From a phage: a stretch of DNA of 59,223 nt. A program made the translations under genes and the position numbers. The first letter of the stretch is position 1, and each line of letters starts with the position of its first letter. This document shows, in pieces, positions 29,879-39,554 of this stretch. Below the pieces are notes generated by a model. It was not told where the DNA came from, made no database searches, and saw only the letters and a list, made by a program, of their open reading frames with translations. The stretch lies in assembly GCA_025276375.1 (NCBI GenBank), contig GCA_025276375.1_3645.1. One strand, written 5' to 3'.

Positions 29879-31062
29879 TGTCAAGAAACGTATTTGAAAG
29901 TGGTCAAATCACTGTCCGTGAGTTGCCAGCTATCATTCAGTTTGCCCAGCGTCATAACCGATCTGTCCTGATTTTAGGACCAATGGGCGTGGGAAAGAGC
30001 CAGGTGATGAAGCAGATCGCTGATAATATGTTCGGTGAGCGAGATGACAACCTTGTTGACGTGCGACTGTCAGATAAAGATCCTGCCGACTTATCTGGGC
30101 TACCTATTCCTGTAGAAGCGGATGGAACTACACGTACAGTGTTTGCAATTCCAGAATTTTGGCCTGCGGATCCTGACTGGAGCGGAATTATCTTTCTGGA
30201 TGAGCTCACTCATGCAGATAACTACCTGCAAAAGGTTGCAATGCAAATTATGCTCGACCACAAGTGCGGTACCTATGCATTCCCTAAAGGTTCTGTTTTT
30301 GTGGCTGCTGGTAACCGTTCTACAGATGGTGCGGTTCTTTCGGCGCTCGAAGCCCCTCTGGCTAACCGTTTTATCATTGTAGAAGTTACAAGCAATGCAG
30401 AGGTGTTTATTGAGGACTACGCATTCCTTAATGGGGTGCACTCCTCTGTAATTGGATATTTGAAAAGAGTTCCATCAGCTATCGATAATTATGAGGCTAT
30501 GGCTGAGATTAATTGTCCATCTTTTGCCACACCACGATCTTGGGTTGCTGCATCTGACATCTTGCACGATTTTGACAGCGGTATTATTTCTGACGCTATG
30601 GCCCGTGTTCTTCTGCAAGGTGCTATTGGTCACACTGCAGCGGTAGAGATCTGGACTTACCACACCAAGAAACGTAACTTACCGGAAATCGGTCGGATTA
30701 TGGCAGGAGGTTGCAAAGAATATGTAGGTCCTAAACAGCCAGACATCTTGTGGATTCTTGGATCTGAAGGTTGTATCGCTATTCGTAATATGATGGAAAA
30801 TGCAAGTATCTCCGACGAAGATCTTGTTAGCTGTGTGGCAAACTTCCTCGATTTCCTTTGGGAAAATTTCAAGGACGAGAACCGAGATTTTGTATTCTCA
30901 GTCTTTATGGCGATGATGAAACCTAATGCCTTAGGAAATGCCTTGCTTATCGGTAAAGGGCGTGACAAGATTGTTGCTCAGCTGATCAAAGCATACCCAA
31001 ACCTAATGAAGATTGTAAAAGAGTTTGGTGAAGAGTTTAGCGCCATTTTGGCTAAAGCTTGA
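29878..31062 (+). CDS. MoxR-like AAA+ ATPase (CbbQ/NorQ/CobS-type)
   Basis: Walker A 'GPMGVGKSQ', Walker B 'IIFLDELTHA', sensor 'AAGNRS'. Confidence 0.7.
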   Translation: MSRNVFESGQITVRELPAIIQFAQRHNRSVLILGPMGVGKSQVMKQIADNMFGERDDNLVDVRLSDKDPADLSGLPIPVEADGTTRTVFAIPEFWPADPDWSGIIFLDELTHADNYLQKVAMQIMLDHKCGTYAFPKGSVFVAAGNRSTDGAVLSALEAPLANRFIIVEVTSNAEVFIEDYAFLNGVHSSVIGYLKRVPSAIDNYEAMAEINCPSFATPRSWVAASDILHDFDSGIISDAMARVLLQGAIGHTAAVEIWTYHTKKRNLPEIGRIMAGGCKEYVGPKQPDILWILGSEGCIAIRNMMENASISDEDLVSCVANFLDFLWENFKDENRDFVFSVFMAMMKPNALGNALLIGKGRDKIVAQLIKAYPNLMKIVKEFGEEFSAILAKA

Positions 31063-31071
31063 GGAGGTTGT

Positions 31072-31452
31072 ATGGCTAAAGTAGGTAAGCGGGGAAACTA
31101 CTTGGTAGTATTGACCGAGGAGCCGGAGAAGGAGTACGAATGCAGCTCCACTTGCGTGATCGATATCCGAGAAAAAGATGTAGATGAAATTTGGTTTGAA
31201 ATATTAGACGCTTGCGACAGCAGTGATTATTTCTTCATCTATGTCAACGATAAAGCCGGGTTCTTCCATGACGACGGAGAGTTGCCGTATGAAATCTATG
31301 AGCTTGTAGAGGCTTGCCATCGTGGAGATGCGGAGTTGTTTGGCTTACGGCTGAAAAGCGGTAAATTCTTCTATCAAGATGAGTGCATGAATCTTCATAA
31401 CTTTGTAGAGGGAACTTGCAACGATGGAGAGATTTTGGTACACTACGATTAA
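31072..31452 (+). CDS. hypothetical protein (126 aa), Cys-containing
   Basis: ATG after GAGGAGG. Confidence 0.45.
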   Translation: MAKVGKRGNYLVVLTEEPEKEYECSSTCVIDIREKDVDEIWFEILDACDSSDYFFIYVNDKAGFFHDDGELPYEIYELVEACHRGDAELFGLRLKSGKFFYQDECMNLHNFVEGTCNDGEILVHYD

Positions 31453-31463
31453 TTTCTAAGACA

Positions 31464-31490
31464 CCCCCGCTTCGGCGGGGATTTTCTATT
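31464..31490 (+). terminator. intrinsic terminator, CCCCGC-UUCG-GCGGGG hairpin plus U-tract
   Basis: same stem-loop as the 5140 terminator, followed by ATTTTCTATTT. Confidence 0.75.
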
Positions 31491-31500
31491 TGGAGTTATT

Positions 31501-32001
31501 GTGAAAATTAAGATCTTTGCTATTATTTTGAGCGCACTTTTATCGCTGCCTGTTGTTGCAGCACCAAAACAAAAAGTATATCATACTTGCAAGCCATCGG
31601 ATACTAAGGAAAACATTCTGGCATGCAATATCTACAGGGAAGCTAGAGGAGATGGCACGATGGGTATGCTGGCATCTGGGTTTGCCACCCTAAACAGGAA
31701 ATCTCATCCCAAATACCCGGACACTATAAGAAAGATTGTCTACCAACCTAATCAGTTTTCGTGGACAAACTACGGCAAAACTTTTAAGGTGACAGAAAAA
31801 GATTCATGGGATCACGCTAAAAGTCTTGCAAAGATGCTTCTAAAGGTCTATAATAACAACCATGTTGCATACATGGCTATGGATATAACAGGTGGAGCAA
31901 CACACTACCATACGACCAAAGTACGACCGAAATGGGCAAAAAAGATGCAGAGGACAGCTCAATTCGGGAGTCATATCTACTACAAGGAGCGCAATAAATG
32001 A
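31501..32001 (+). CDS. secreted SleB-like cell wall hydrolase
   Basis: signal-peptide-like N-terminus 'MKIKIFAIILSALLSLPVVAAP'; 'NIYREARGDG...ATLNR...QFSW' resembles the SleB/Hydrolase_2 core. Confidence 0.45.
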   Translation: MKIKIFAIILSALLSLPVVAAPKQKVYHTCKPSDTKENILACNIYREARGDGTMGMLASGFATLNRKSHPKYPDTIRKIVYQPNQFSWTNYGKTFKVTEKDSWDHAKSLAKMLLKVYNNNHVAYMAMDITGGATHYHTTKVRPKWAKKMQRTAQFGSHIYYKERNK

Positions 32002-33980
32002 TTGTAAACAGTAATGAAACTAAAGCAGTGCTAACTGGAAATATGGAGGTCACCAGGGGCTCAATTTCTCTGAACAAAGAGACTTTTGGGCTAATCATTA
32101 AAGGGATTTACGAAGATAAGGTGCTGGCAAGCTGCCGTGAACCAATCTTCAATGCTGTGGACTCTCATGTTGAGTCTGGACGGGGTGATGTACCGATCAT
32201 CATTCACTCTCCTACAGACCTTGAACCATACTTCTTTGTGCAGGACGTTGGATTAGGCATGTCAGAAGAGATGGTCCGCAACACTTTCATGAACCTCGGA
32301 GAGTCAACCAAGCGCAACAGCAACGCTCTGGTGGGTAATAAAGGTGTTGGTTCAAAGGCCCCGTTCAGCATGGTGGACACTTTCGATGTGATCAGTGTAC
32401 ACAATGGTGTTGAAAGCACATATCTATTGTTCTTGGATCAGGGTATCCCAAACGTTACCAAAATCCGCGAGCGGAAGACCGAAGAGCACAATGGGGTAAA
32501 AGTTCAGTTCCATGTTAAGAAAGAGCATGTTCTGAAATATCGCACTGCTATTGCATCATGCCTACGCTATGCAAAGTTTCCGTTTACCGTTACCGATCCT
32601 ATGACCAATAAGATGCTGGAAGGTGACAAGGTTGAGGCGCAGTATCGCTACGAGAAAGATGGTTGGAAAATGACCATCCTAAAGGGCTATACCAGCTCTG
32701 ACGAGAGTCGCGTGGTAATGGGTCACCAACCTTACCGTTCTAAGTTCCTGGAGACATTAACAGACTACCCTGCAATCTGTGTAGAGATCCCTATCGGGGA
32801 TTGCAATATTAACCCTGGGCGCGAATGGACCATAGAGGGGCACGACGATGGTGGATTCCAAGAGCGGTTGGAGGCCTTTGTCAAAGAAGGTATACGTCTT
32901 CGCGGGGCAGAAGTTGTTGCAGAACTGGAGACGGCAAAAACCTCCGCAGAAGCACGTGAAATGATGAAGAATAGTGGAGTGTTCGGGCACATCTTCGGTA
33001 AGAATTTTATGTATGACCGCTGGGAAGAAACAGGGCTAGGGAATTTGGGGGACTGCGAGATCTTCGCTGGCGGCTTAAATAAAGGCCGCATAGGTTACGC
33101 CTGCTACGGAAAGGTAGAATTCTTACGGGGAGTTTATTTAGTATTTAACGACGGAGACGGCAAATATAACCGGAATAAGTGTAACTACTTAAGCGAGATC
33201 ACCGGACGCAACGTTTTCTATTGCCGTAACACGGATCTGGTGAAAGAGTTTAAAGAGGCGGCACACCATCCGTTTTTTGCAGATACGGTCAAATTGTTAT
33301 CTGAGCTTCCACGCCGACCTACGAAGAAAGGTGAAACCAAAACCCGTTACGAACCAGGCTATTGGGTTAAAAAACTTGAGAAGGATGGTTACTTCCGGCG
33401 TGAGCGTATTACTAAGGCAGAGTTCAGGAAGATTAAGTACTGCATTCCCTACGAGGGGGATATCCAACGTGGAAGTTGTTGGCTGGGACAGCTGAGTAAC
33501 ATCTACCAGCAAAATTATGACCGTGTGCGTGCGGCACTCCAGATTCCTGAAGGGGAAGATCTGTACCTGGTATCGGAATCTCGTCTGCTTTGGACTGATC
33601 CTGATTGCCAGTATGTTACAGAGAAGAATGTGGAACATTTGTTGAAAGAGGATGCTTGGAAATTCTTACTGACTCGCGCAGCAAATGAAACTTCATATGA
33701 CAGCCTGTATAGACAATTAGGGAAAATTATTCCCATGCAAGATTTTGGAAATTATCGGCCACATTTCCACAAGTGGGAAGGTAACACCGCGTGGAAGCAC
33801 AGTGAGCTAAATCATCGTGCCAAAATCTTAATCGCCAACCGAGTTAAATGCGGGAAGGCCTATATTGCAAGATTGGAAAAGAAATACCCACTTTTGAAGC
33901 ATGTAGGCTTGAAATATTGGGACACTCCTGCTATGATTGAATACCGTGAACTGATCGATACAAAGAATAACATCAAATAA
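31998..33980 (+). CDS. rIIA-like protein with GHKL-type ATPase domain
   Basis: Bergerat-fold motifs 'FNAVDS' (N box), 'VQDVGLGM' (G1), 'GNKGVGSKAPF' (G2); 660 aa; phage context. Confidence 0.5.
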   Translation: MIVNSNETKAVLTGNMEVTRGSISLNKETFGLIIKGIYEDKVLASCREPIFNAVDSHVESGRGDVPIIIHSPTDLEPYFFVQDVGLGMSEEMVRNTFMNLGESTKRNSNALVGNKGVGSKAPFSMVDTFDVISVHNGVESTYLLFLDQGIPNVTKIRERKTEEHNGVKVQFHVKKEHVLKYRTAIASCLRYAKFPFTVTDPMTNKMLEGDKVEAQYRYEKDGWKMTILKGYTSSDESRVVMGHQPYRSKFLETLTDYPAICVEIPIGDCNINPGREWTIEGHDDGGFQERLEAFVKEGIRLRGAEVVAELETAKTSAEAREMMKNSGVFGHIFGKNFMYDRWEETGLGNLGDCEIFAGGLNKGRIGYACYGKVEFLRGVYLVFNDGDGKYNRNKCNYLSEITGRNVFYCRNTDLVKEFKEAAHHPFFADTVKLLSELPRRPTKKGETKTRYEPGYWVKKLEKDGYFRRERITKAEFRKIKYCIPYEGDIQRGSCWLGQLSNIYQQNYDRVRAALQIPEGEDLYLVSESRLLWTDPDCQYVTEKNVEHLLKEDAWKFLLTRAANETSYDSLYRQLGKIIPMQDFGNYRPHFHKWEGNTAWKHSELNHRAKILIANRVKCGKAYIARLEKKYPLLKHVGLKYWDTPAMIEYRELIDTKNNIK

Positions 33981-33990
33981 GGAGACCAAG

Positions 33991-35196
33991 ATGATTTTCA
34001 TCTACGAACATTTCAAAACCCGTAAAGAAGCACGAGACCGCCGTGCAGAACTTGAGAAGAAGGGTTTCACATGTGCCATTGAGAAAGGCGACACAACCTG
34101 GACACTGGCAGTTGGTGCCCCAGAGTTGTTCGATCCTGACCGTGACAGCGTCTGCTACACCCGTGAAGATTTTGAAACCCGCGAAGAGGCCCGTTTATTT
34201 CGATACGGTCTGGAAGATAACGGTAAGTACGCCATGATCTTAGATTTAGGCGAAGGGTCCGTTAAACGTTGGGGCGTGGTATACCCACTGTGTGTTGTTC
34301 ATGGTGTGGGGTTCACTGGGGTAGCAATCAAGTCAGAAGAACCTTTAGTAGAAGTCAAAGATCCGGTGCTGGAGGTGGTGAGCAGTGTATCTCAGCAACA
34401 GACTCGAAGTATTGAGCCTTTGGTAGTTATTTGTGGGGAACTCCTCCAGATCACCTGCAACGAAGGCATTTTTGAAATTCGCCGCAGCGAAAGTGAGGAA
34501 GTTTACCAGAAAGTCTTCGACCATATCTCTGTTCAGGAATATGATGAGGCAATTGGTGAAATCCTTGTCTGGCTGGAACGCAAGAATGAGTTCACCACAC
34601 TTGCAGACAACCTGGTCATGAAAGATGGTAAGCTCTACTACTACGGTGTAGAGATGCGATCCACCATTGCAAAGAAAATTGAGAAAGATTATGCAGACGG
34701 AACACTGGATGACCGCTATGTGAAATTCCTCGTTCGCCTGCTGCGCAATCCTTCTGCAAAATCTGTAAACATGCTCTACGATTTTATGCAGGCCAACGAT
34801 ATCCAGATTGCAGAAGATGGTCGAATCATTTGCTACAAAGGGGTTCAGTTTAACGGCAGCAAGTGGGTGGATTGGCACAGTGGTAAAGTTCCACAATACC
34901 AGGGGGCTTTTGTATCCATGCCTCGTAACTTTGTAGAGGATGATCCGGAAGCTGCGTGCTCCTATGGCTTACACTGCGCCAGCAAAGAGTATGCAAAGAG
35001 CTACGGCACTGTAATGACTGTTATGGTTGACCCTGCAGATGTGGTTAGTGTGCCATACCAACACAATGGCGCTAAGTGCCGTGCATGCCGCTATGAGATT
35101 GTGGTAGCTCCGGAAGCACGCAAAGATGGAGACCCTATTGAATATGTAGTTGATCGTGACGGTAACACTATCGACATTCTTTACGAGGAGGCGTAA
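33991..35196 (+). CDS. hypothetical protein (possible rIIB-like partner), duplicated ~40-aa N-terminal module
   Basis: adjacent to rIIA-like gene; internal repeat 'F[KE]TR[KE]EAR...G...' seen twice; no diagnostic motif. Confidence 0.3.
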   Translation: MIFIYEHFKTRKEARDRRAELEKKGFTCAIEKGDTTWTLAVGAPELFDPDRDSVCYTREDFETREEARLFRYGLEDNGKYAMILDLGEGSVKRWGVVYPLCVVHGVGFTGVAIKSEEPLVEVKDPVLEVVSSVSQQQTRSIEPLVVICGELLQITCNEGIFEIRRSESEEVYQKVFDHISVQEYDEAIGEILVWLERKNEFTTLADNLVMKDGKLYYYGVEMRSTIAKKIEKDYADGTLDDRYVKFLVRLLRNPSAKSVNMLYDFMQANDIQIAEDGRIICYKGVQFNGSKWVDWHSGKVPQYQGAFVSMPRNFVEDDPEAACSYGLHCASKEYAKSYGTVMTVMVDPADVVSVPYQHNGAKCRACRYEIVVAPEARKDGDPIEYVVDRDGNTIDILYEEA

Positions 35197-36566
35197 TGGA
35201 AAAAGGGCAGTATGATGTAGGCACAGATGCTGCCCTCGTTGCAATCATGAGTGGTGAGAATGTCTTCGTTTCAGGACCTGCAGGTTGTGGGAAGACGTAT
35301 CTCATCAACATGATCCAGTCAATGTATGGAGACTCTTGCATAACGGTTGCCCCGACAGGGGTAGCCGCTTTAAACGTTAATGGAGCAACAGCACACCGAA
35401 CCTTCGATCTTGCAGCAGGTGTGAGCATGGAGTCAGACTGGACCGCAATAAGGGCAAAAACAGCAAAGCCTTTGAAAAGCAAGGCATTTACCATCCTGAT
35501 TATCGATGAAATCTCTATGATCCGTGCTGATAAGTTTATAGAGATGGATAGGAAACTCCGCTTCCTTCGAAAAAATGACAAACCTTTCGGAGGCATACAG
35601 GTAATATTGTTTGGCGATTTTTACCAGGCACCTCCTGTTGTCTCTTCTATGGAGAAGGAAGCCTACTTCAACTTCTACCATACGGACCTGTGTTGCTATA
35701 CCGAATCTTGGAAAGAGCTTGACCTCCACAACATAGCCCTAGTAGATCAGTTCCGACAGGAGTCTATTCGATTTGCCACAATGCTCAACTGTGTTCGTGA
35801 GGGTCGTCGCATAAAAGAGGTTGTAGCAGAACTTAATGCTCGCTGTTACAAAGGCGGCGTACCAACAGATGCTCTCACAATTTGCGCCACCAACAAACAA
35901 GCAGAGGAAGTAAACAGAAGGTTCTATGATGCCATCAACGCCCCAGAGAAGGTATACACTGGTGAAATGAAGGGTAAGTTTCCCTCCACCCTGCCAGTTG
36001 AGCAGGAGATGAAGTTGAAAATTGGTATGAAAGTTATGATAACCGCCAACGATGTTGACCCGACGCACAAGGTACCTTATTATGTTAACGGAACACGTGC
36101 CACAATTGTTAAATTTAAGAACAAGGCGGTGGTGGTAGAGCTTGAAGATGGAACACAGGTTGACATAGAGCAGAGGTTGTGGGAGAATAACGAGTATAAG
36201 CCATCTCAGAGATACAACATTGCAGAAAGGAAGATGGAGAAGTTTATAGAGAGGGTAGTGATTGGGTCATACAAGCAACTTCCTCTGAAATCTGGGTACG
36301 CCGTAACATCTCATAAAAGTCAAGGGCTTACGCTAGATTGTTACAACCTAGACCTTGGAAAGAACGGAGCTTTCTCTCCTGGGATGACGTATGTCGCTTT
36401 GAGTAGAGTTAAGACAATACAAGGAATAAACTTGTTGCGTCCACTAAGAGAAGTTGACATTATTGTTGACCCGCGAGTCGTAGAGTTTTACAATACAACA
36501 TTCCCTGACTTAGACAAAATTGTCAGGAAAGATTTTGAAACCAGAGCAGAAGAGGGGGACGTATGA
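35196..36566 (+). CDS. dda: Dda-like SF1B DNA helicase
   Basis: Walker A 'GPAGCGKT', Walker B 'IIDEISM', 'GDFYQ', 'YAVTSHKSQGLT', 'YVALSRVK'. Confidence 0.75.
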   Translation: MEKGQYDVGTDAALVAIMSGENVFVSGPAGCGKTYLINMIQSMYGDSCITVAPTGVAALNVNGATAHRTFDLAAGVSMESDWTAIRAKTAKPLKSKAFTILIIDEISMIRADKFIEMDRKLRFLRKNDKPFGGIQVILFGDFYQAPPVVSSMEKEAYFNFYHTDLCCYTESWKELDLHNIALVDQFRQESIRFATMLNCVREGRRIKEVVAELNARCYKGGVPTDALTICATNKQAEEVNRRFYDAINAPEKVYTGEMKGKFPSTLPVEQEMKLKIGMKVMITANDVDPTHKVPYYVNGTRATIVKFKNKAVVVELEDGTQVDIEQRLWENNEYKPSQRYNIAERKMEKFIERVVIGSYKQLPLKSGYAVTSHKSQGLTLDCYNLDLGKNGAFSPGMTYVALSRVKTIQGINLLRPLREVDIIVDPRVVEFYNTTFPDLDKIVRKDFETRAEEGDV

Positions 36567-36904
36567 GTTTGTGGAGAAATATCGTTAACTACGTGTGTGG
36601 CAATCCGACTCCTGAAGAGAAGGATGTTGTGATTCACGATTTTACTAAAAGATCTCGTGAAAAAGATCTACTGCTAACAAAGGTGACTGATAAAGATCCT
36701 GCAGTAGGGGACTGGGCAGGTTTTGCGTTTACATCGGACAAATACACCTTTAACAAAGGTGACTACCTTGTTGTAGATTTTAACGAAGACATTGAGGGTG
36801 CTGAACCTTACTATCAAACCCTTATTGTTGCAGGGTGTGTTAATCTCTCTGCAAGCATGCACAGTTTGATTCTTTTTGAGCTTGACTCTGAAGACCTTGA
36901 GTAG
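36563..36904 (+). CDS. hypothetical protein (113 aa)
   Basis: ATG overlapping upstream stop. Confidence 0.4.
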   Translation: MSLWRNIVNYVCGNPTPEEKDVVIHDFTKRSREKDLLLTKVTDKDPAVGDWAGFAFTSDKYTFNKGDYLVVDFNEDIEGAEPYYQTLIVAGCVNLSASMHSLILFELDSEDLE

Positions 36905-36965
36905 TAAGATGTGAGTATAAAGGGGAGGCACTCCTCCCCACAAAAACTAAGGAGAGCACCAAACG

Positions 36966-38291
36966 ATGAGTAAAACCAAATTAGAACTTACCTGGATAGG
37001 TAAAAACGAGCGCAAAAAGTTAGAGCCGCACATTTTGTTAGAAGATTCTAGCAAATCTTACCACAGCCAGAAAGTGACCGAAAACGATATTTTTGATAAT
37101 AAACTGATTTTTGGAGATAACTTATTAGCATTGAAGGCGCTAGAGCAAGAGTATGCAGGCAAAGTGAAGTGTGTTTACATAGACCCACCATTCAATACCG
37201 GGAGGGCTTTTGAGCACTACGATGATAGCCTAGAGCATTCCATTTGGCTGGGCTTAATGAGGGATAGGTTAGAAATAATTCGTAATCTTCTGAGTGATGA
37301 TGGGGTAATATTCGTTCACTTAGATGGTTGCGAAATGGCGTATTTAAAAGTTTTGATGGACGAGATTTTTGGTCGTGCAAATCAGTTAAATACCATCTCG
37401 ATGACCACAAATTCCCCTTCAGGATTTAAGGCAACAGGAGCCACAGTTTTCTCCACAGCAAACTTTTTGCTTGTATATGCAAAAGATCGCAACCAGAAAC
37501 CGCTTAACAAAATCTATATACCTAAAGGGTATGATACAGGATATAACAAATACCTATTAAACCCGGATGACCATTATAAAAATTGGACGTGGTGTGGTAT
37601 TGCCGATGCGTTTGCAAAGGCCAATGGCTATAAAGATGCAAAAGAAGCCAAGAAAAAACTGCCTGACACATTCGATGATGAATTGGCACAATTCGCAATT
37701 GATAATGCAGAACGTGTATTTCAATCTGTTGCAATTGGTGGTGGTGCTAAAATAAAGAGAAAAGAAACTATCGAGAAGTCAAAGAAAGATAGGGATAAGG
37801 TTTATGTACATCCAAATGAGGATGTTGAAGGATTTTATATCGCAAATGGTAGGCAAATGGTCTTTTACTCCAACAGGCTTTTGGAAATTGACGGTGAGAT
37901 GCAGCCTGCGGAACTAATAACTGATGTTTGGACAGATATTAGTTGGAATGGAATAGCAAATGAAGGTGGCGTTAGTTTCAAAAATGGTAAAAAACCAGAA
38001 GCGCTTTTGAAGCGGATTTTCGAAATGTGTACGCGAGAAGGCGATTTGGTATTGGATTCATTCGGTGGTTCGGGAACTACTGCTGCTGTAGCTCACAAAA
38101 TGAAAAGACGTTGGATCTTGATCGAACTGGGTGATCATTGTCATACCCATATTATTCCGCGCTTGGAAAAAGTGATCGATGGCGAAGATCAAGGTGGTAT
38201 TTCTAAGTCTGTAAACTGGCAAGGTGGTGGTGGCTTCCGTTATTACAAACTTACCCCGGCCTTAATTGCGAAAGATATGTCTGATCAATAA
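36966..38291 (+). CDS. DNA methyltransferase, N6-adenine/N4-cytosine beta-class (Type III Mod-like, orphan)
   Basis: 'YIDPPFN' (motif IV DPPF) followed much later by 'LDSFGGSGTT' (motif I); no adjacent restriction subunit. Confidence 0.75.
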   Translation: MSKTKLELTWIGKNERKKLEPHILLEDSSKSYHSQKVTENDIFDNKLIFGDNLLALKALEQEYAGKVKCVYIDPPFNTGRAFEHYDDSLEHSIWLGLMRDRLEIIRNLLSDDGVIFVHLDGCEMAYLKVLMDEIFGRANQLNTISMTTNSPSGFKATGATVFSTANFLLVYAKDRNQKPLNKIYIPKGYDTGYNKYLLNPDDHYKNWTWCGIADAFAKANGYKDAKEAKKKLPDTFDDELAQFAIDNAERVFQSVAIGGGAKIKRKETIEKSKKDRDKVYVHPNEDVEGFYIANGRQMVFYSNRLLEIDGEMQPAELITDVWTDISWNGIANEGGVSFKNGKKPEALLKRIFEMCTREGDLVLDSFGGSGTTAAVAHKMKRRWILIELGDHCHTHIIPRLEKVIDGEDQGGISKSVNWQGGGGFRYYKLTPALIAKDMSDQ

Positions 38292-38304
38292 AGAGTACAA
38301 TCAA

Positions 38305-38610
38305 ATGATGAAACGTTATAAACCATACACTTTTGAAATCGATTTCGAACTTGACGATATGTTTACTGTAGAAGCTCAGGCAGTTGTCCAGTTGCCAGAC
38401 CCGGAGTGCCGTGATTCTGATGTTGACTATTACGGATTTAGACAAATTACCGATGTGCATGTTTACCACAACGGTGAAGAGGTGGACTTCCACCAACTGC
38501 CAAACGATTTGCGACACTCAATTTACAAACGTGCAGCCCGTGAACTAGAGTCCTATCTGGATGCAGCGACGACAGCAGCTGCATTTGCTGAAGAAGTGGG
38601 AGGTTTCTGA
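38305..38610 (+). CDS. hypothetical protein
   Basis: first ATG downstream of the methyltransferase stop; weak SD. Confidence 0.35.
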   Translation: MMKRYKPYTFEIDFELDDMFTVEAQAVVQLPDPECRDSDVDYYGFRQITDVHVYHNGEEVDFHQLPNDLRHSIYKRAARELESYLDAATTAAAFAEEVGGF

Positions 38611-39008
38611 TGATTACAGGTGTGAAGATTATACAATACCACTTAACTAAATTGGAAGACGCTGAAAAAGAGCTTGCAGAAGTTCTGAATAGTGGATATA
38701 CTTTGCTATCATGCGCCTGCTCAGATACCTACGCTGTGTGGACACTTATCCGGAAGGAAGAGCCTGCGGGGATCTTGGTGCCAAACCCTAAGATCATTAG
38801 TGAGGTGGATGACTATGCTCAGGACGGCCTGCCAGAAGGCTGGGAAGTATGGGAAGGTGGTGAAAACCCTGCACCAGGTAAGTGGGTAAAATACAAACTA
38901 CGTAGCGGTGCACAGTACGCTGACTACTCTGATGACCTGGATTGGAGTCATTCTTCACCAGGATCATCTGCAAGTTCATATGATATCATAGCTTTTCAGG
39001 AAGAATAA
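38610..39008 (+). CDS. hypothetical protein (132 aa)
   Basis: ATG overlapping upstream stop. Confidence 0.4.
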   Translation: MITGVKIIQYHLTKLEDAEKELAEVLNSGYTLLSCACSDTYAVWTLIRKEEPAGILVPNPKIISEVDDYAQDGLPEGWEVWEGGENPAPGKWVKYKLRSGAQYADYSDDLDWSHSSPGSSASSYDIIAFQEE

Positions 39009-39020
39009 GGAGATAGTGTT

Positions 39021-39503
39021 ATGTCAGATTTTATGTGGAAAGTAGGTTACGCAGCTCCTGAAATGTGTGAGGCTTGCTTTGTGAAAATAGGCCGCGAGGA
39101 TATCGACAAAGTGATCCTTAAGTTTCGTGATGTGGCTGTGATCGGCAACCGAGTGCTTAAGCACTTAAAGAATCTGAAGCTCACTAAAAAGAAGTTCTTC
39201 GGACTTTTCGAAGAGAAAGTTGATGCTTGGACCCATTGCATCCAGGAAGCTAAATCTCACTACAGTGCTATCGTTACTCCAGAACGGGTAGCCAAGATGG
39301 AAGGATTCATCAACAGCACAGAATTTGAGTGTCTGAAAGCTGCACTCGATAGTTATCCGAAATGCCTCAAGCACTTGGACAAGTATGTAGAAAAGGATGG
39401 GGAAATGTATCTCACCCTGGACGCATACTATGAGATGCAAGAAATTTTAAATTTAGATTTGACATTGGTATCCACCGAGTATACAATAGGTATCCGGGTT
39501 TAA
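39021..39503 (+). CDS. hypothetical protein (160 aa)
   Basis: AAGGAG SD. Confidence 0.45.
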   Translation: MSDFMWKVGYAAPEMCEACFVKIGREDIDKVILKFRDVAVIGNRVLKHLKNLKLTKKKFFGLFEEKVDAWTHCIQEAKSHYSAIVTPERVAKMEGFINSTEFECLKAALDSYPKCLKHLDKYVEKDGEMYLTLDAYYEMQEILNLDLTLVSTEYTIGIRV

Positions 39504-39509
39504 CACTAG

Positions 39510-39536
39510 GCCCTGCCCGAAAGGGTGGGGCTTTTT
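39510..39536 (+). terminator. intrinsic terminator, GCCCUGCCC-GAAA-GGGUGGGGC plus UUUUU
   Basis: 9-bp stem with two G-U pairs, GNRA tetraloop, T-tract. Confidence 0.75.
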
Positions 39537-39554
39537 GCATTAGGAGACAGCAAA

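Noticed and set aside
36922-36939. GGGGAGG-CACT-CCTCCCC hairpin as intrinsic terminator
   Set aside because: Perfect 7-bp stem but followed by ACAAAAAC rather than a U-tract on the transcribed strand; left unannotated as a possible structural or processing element.
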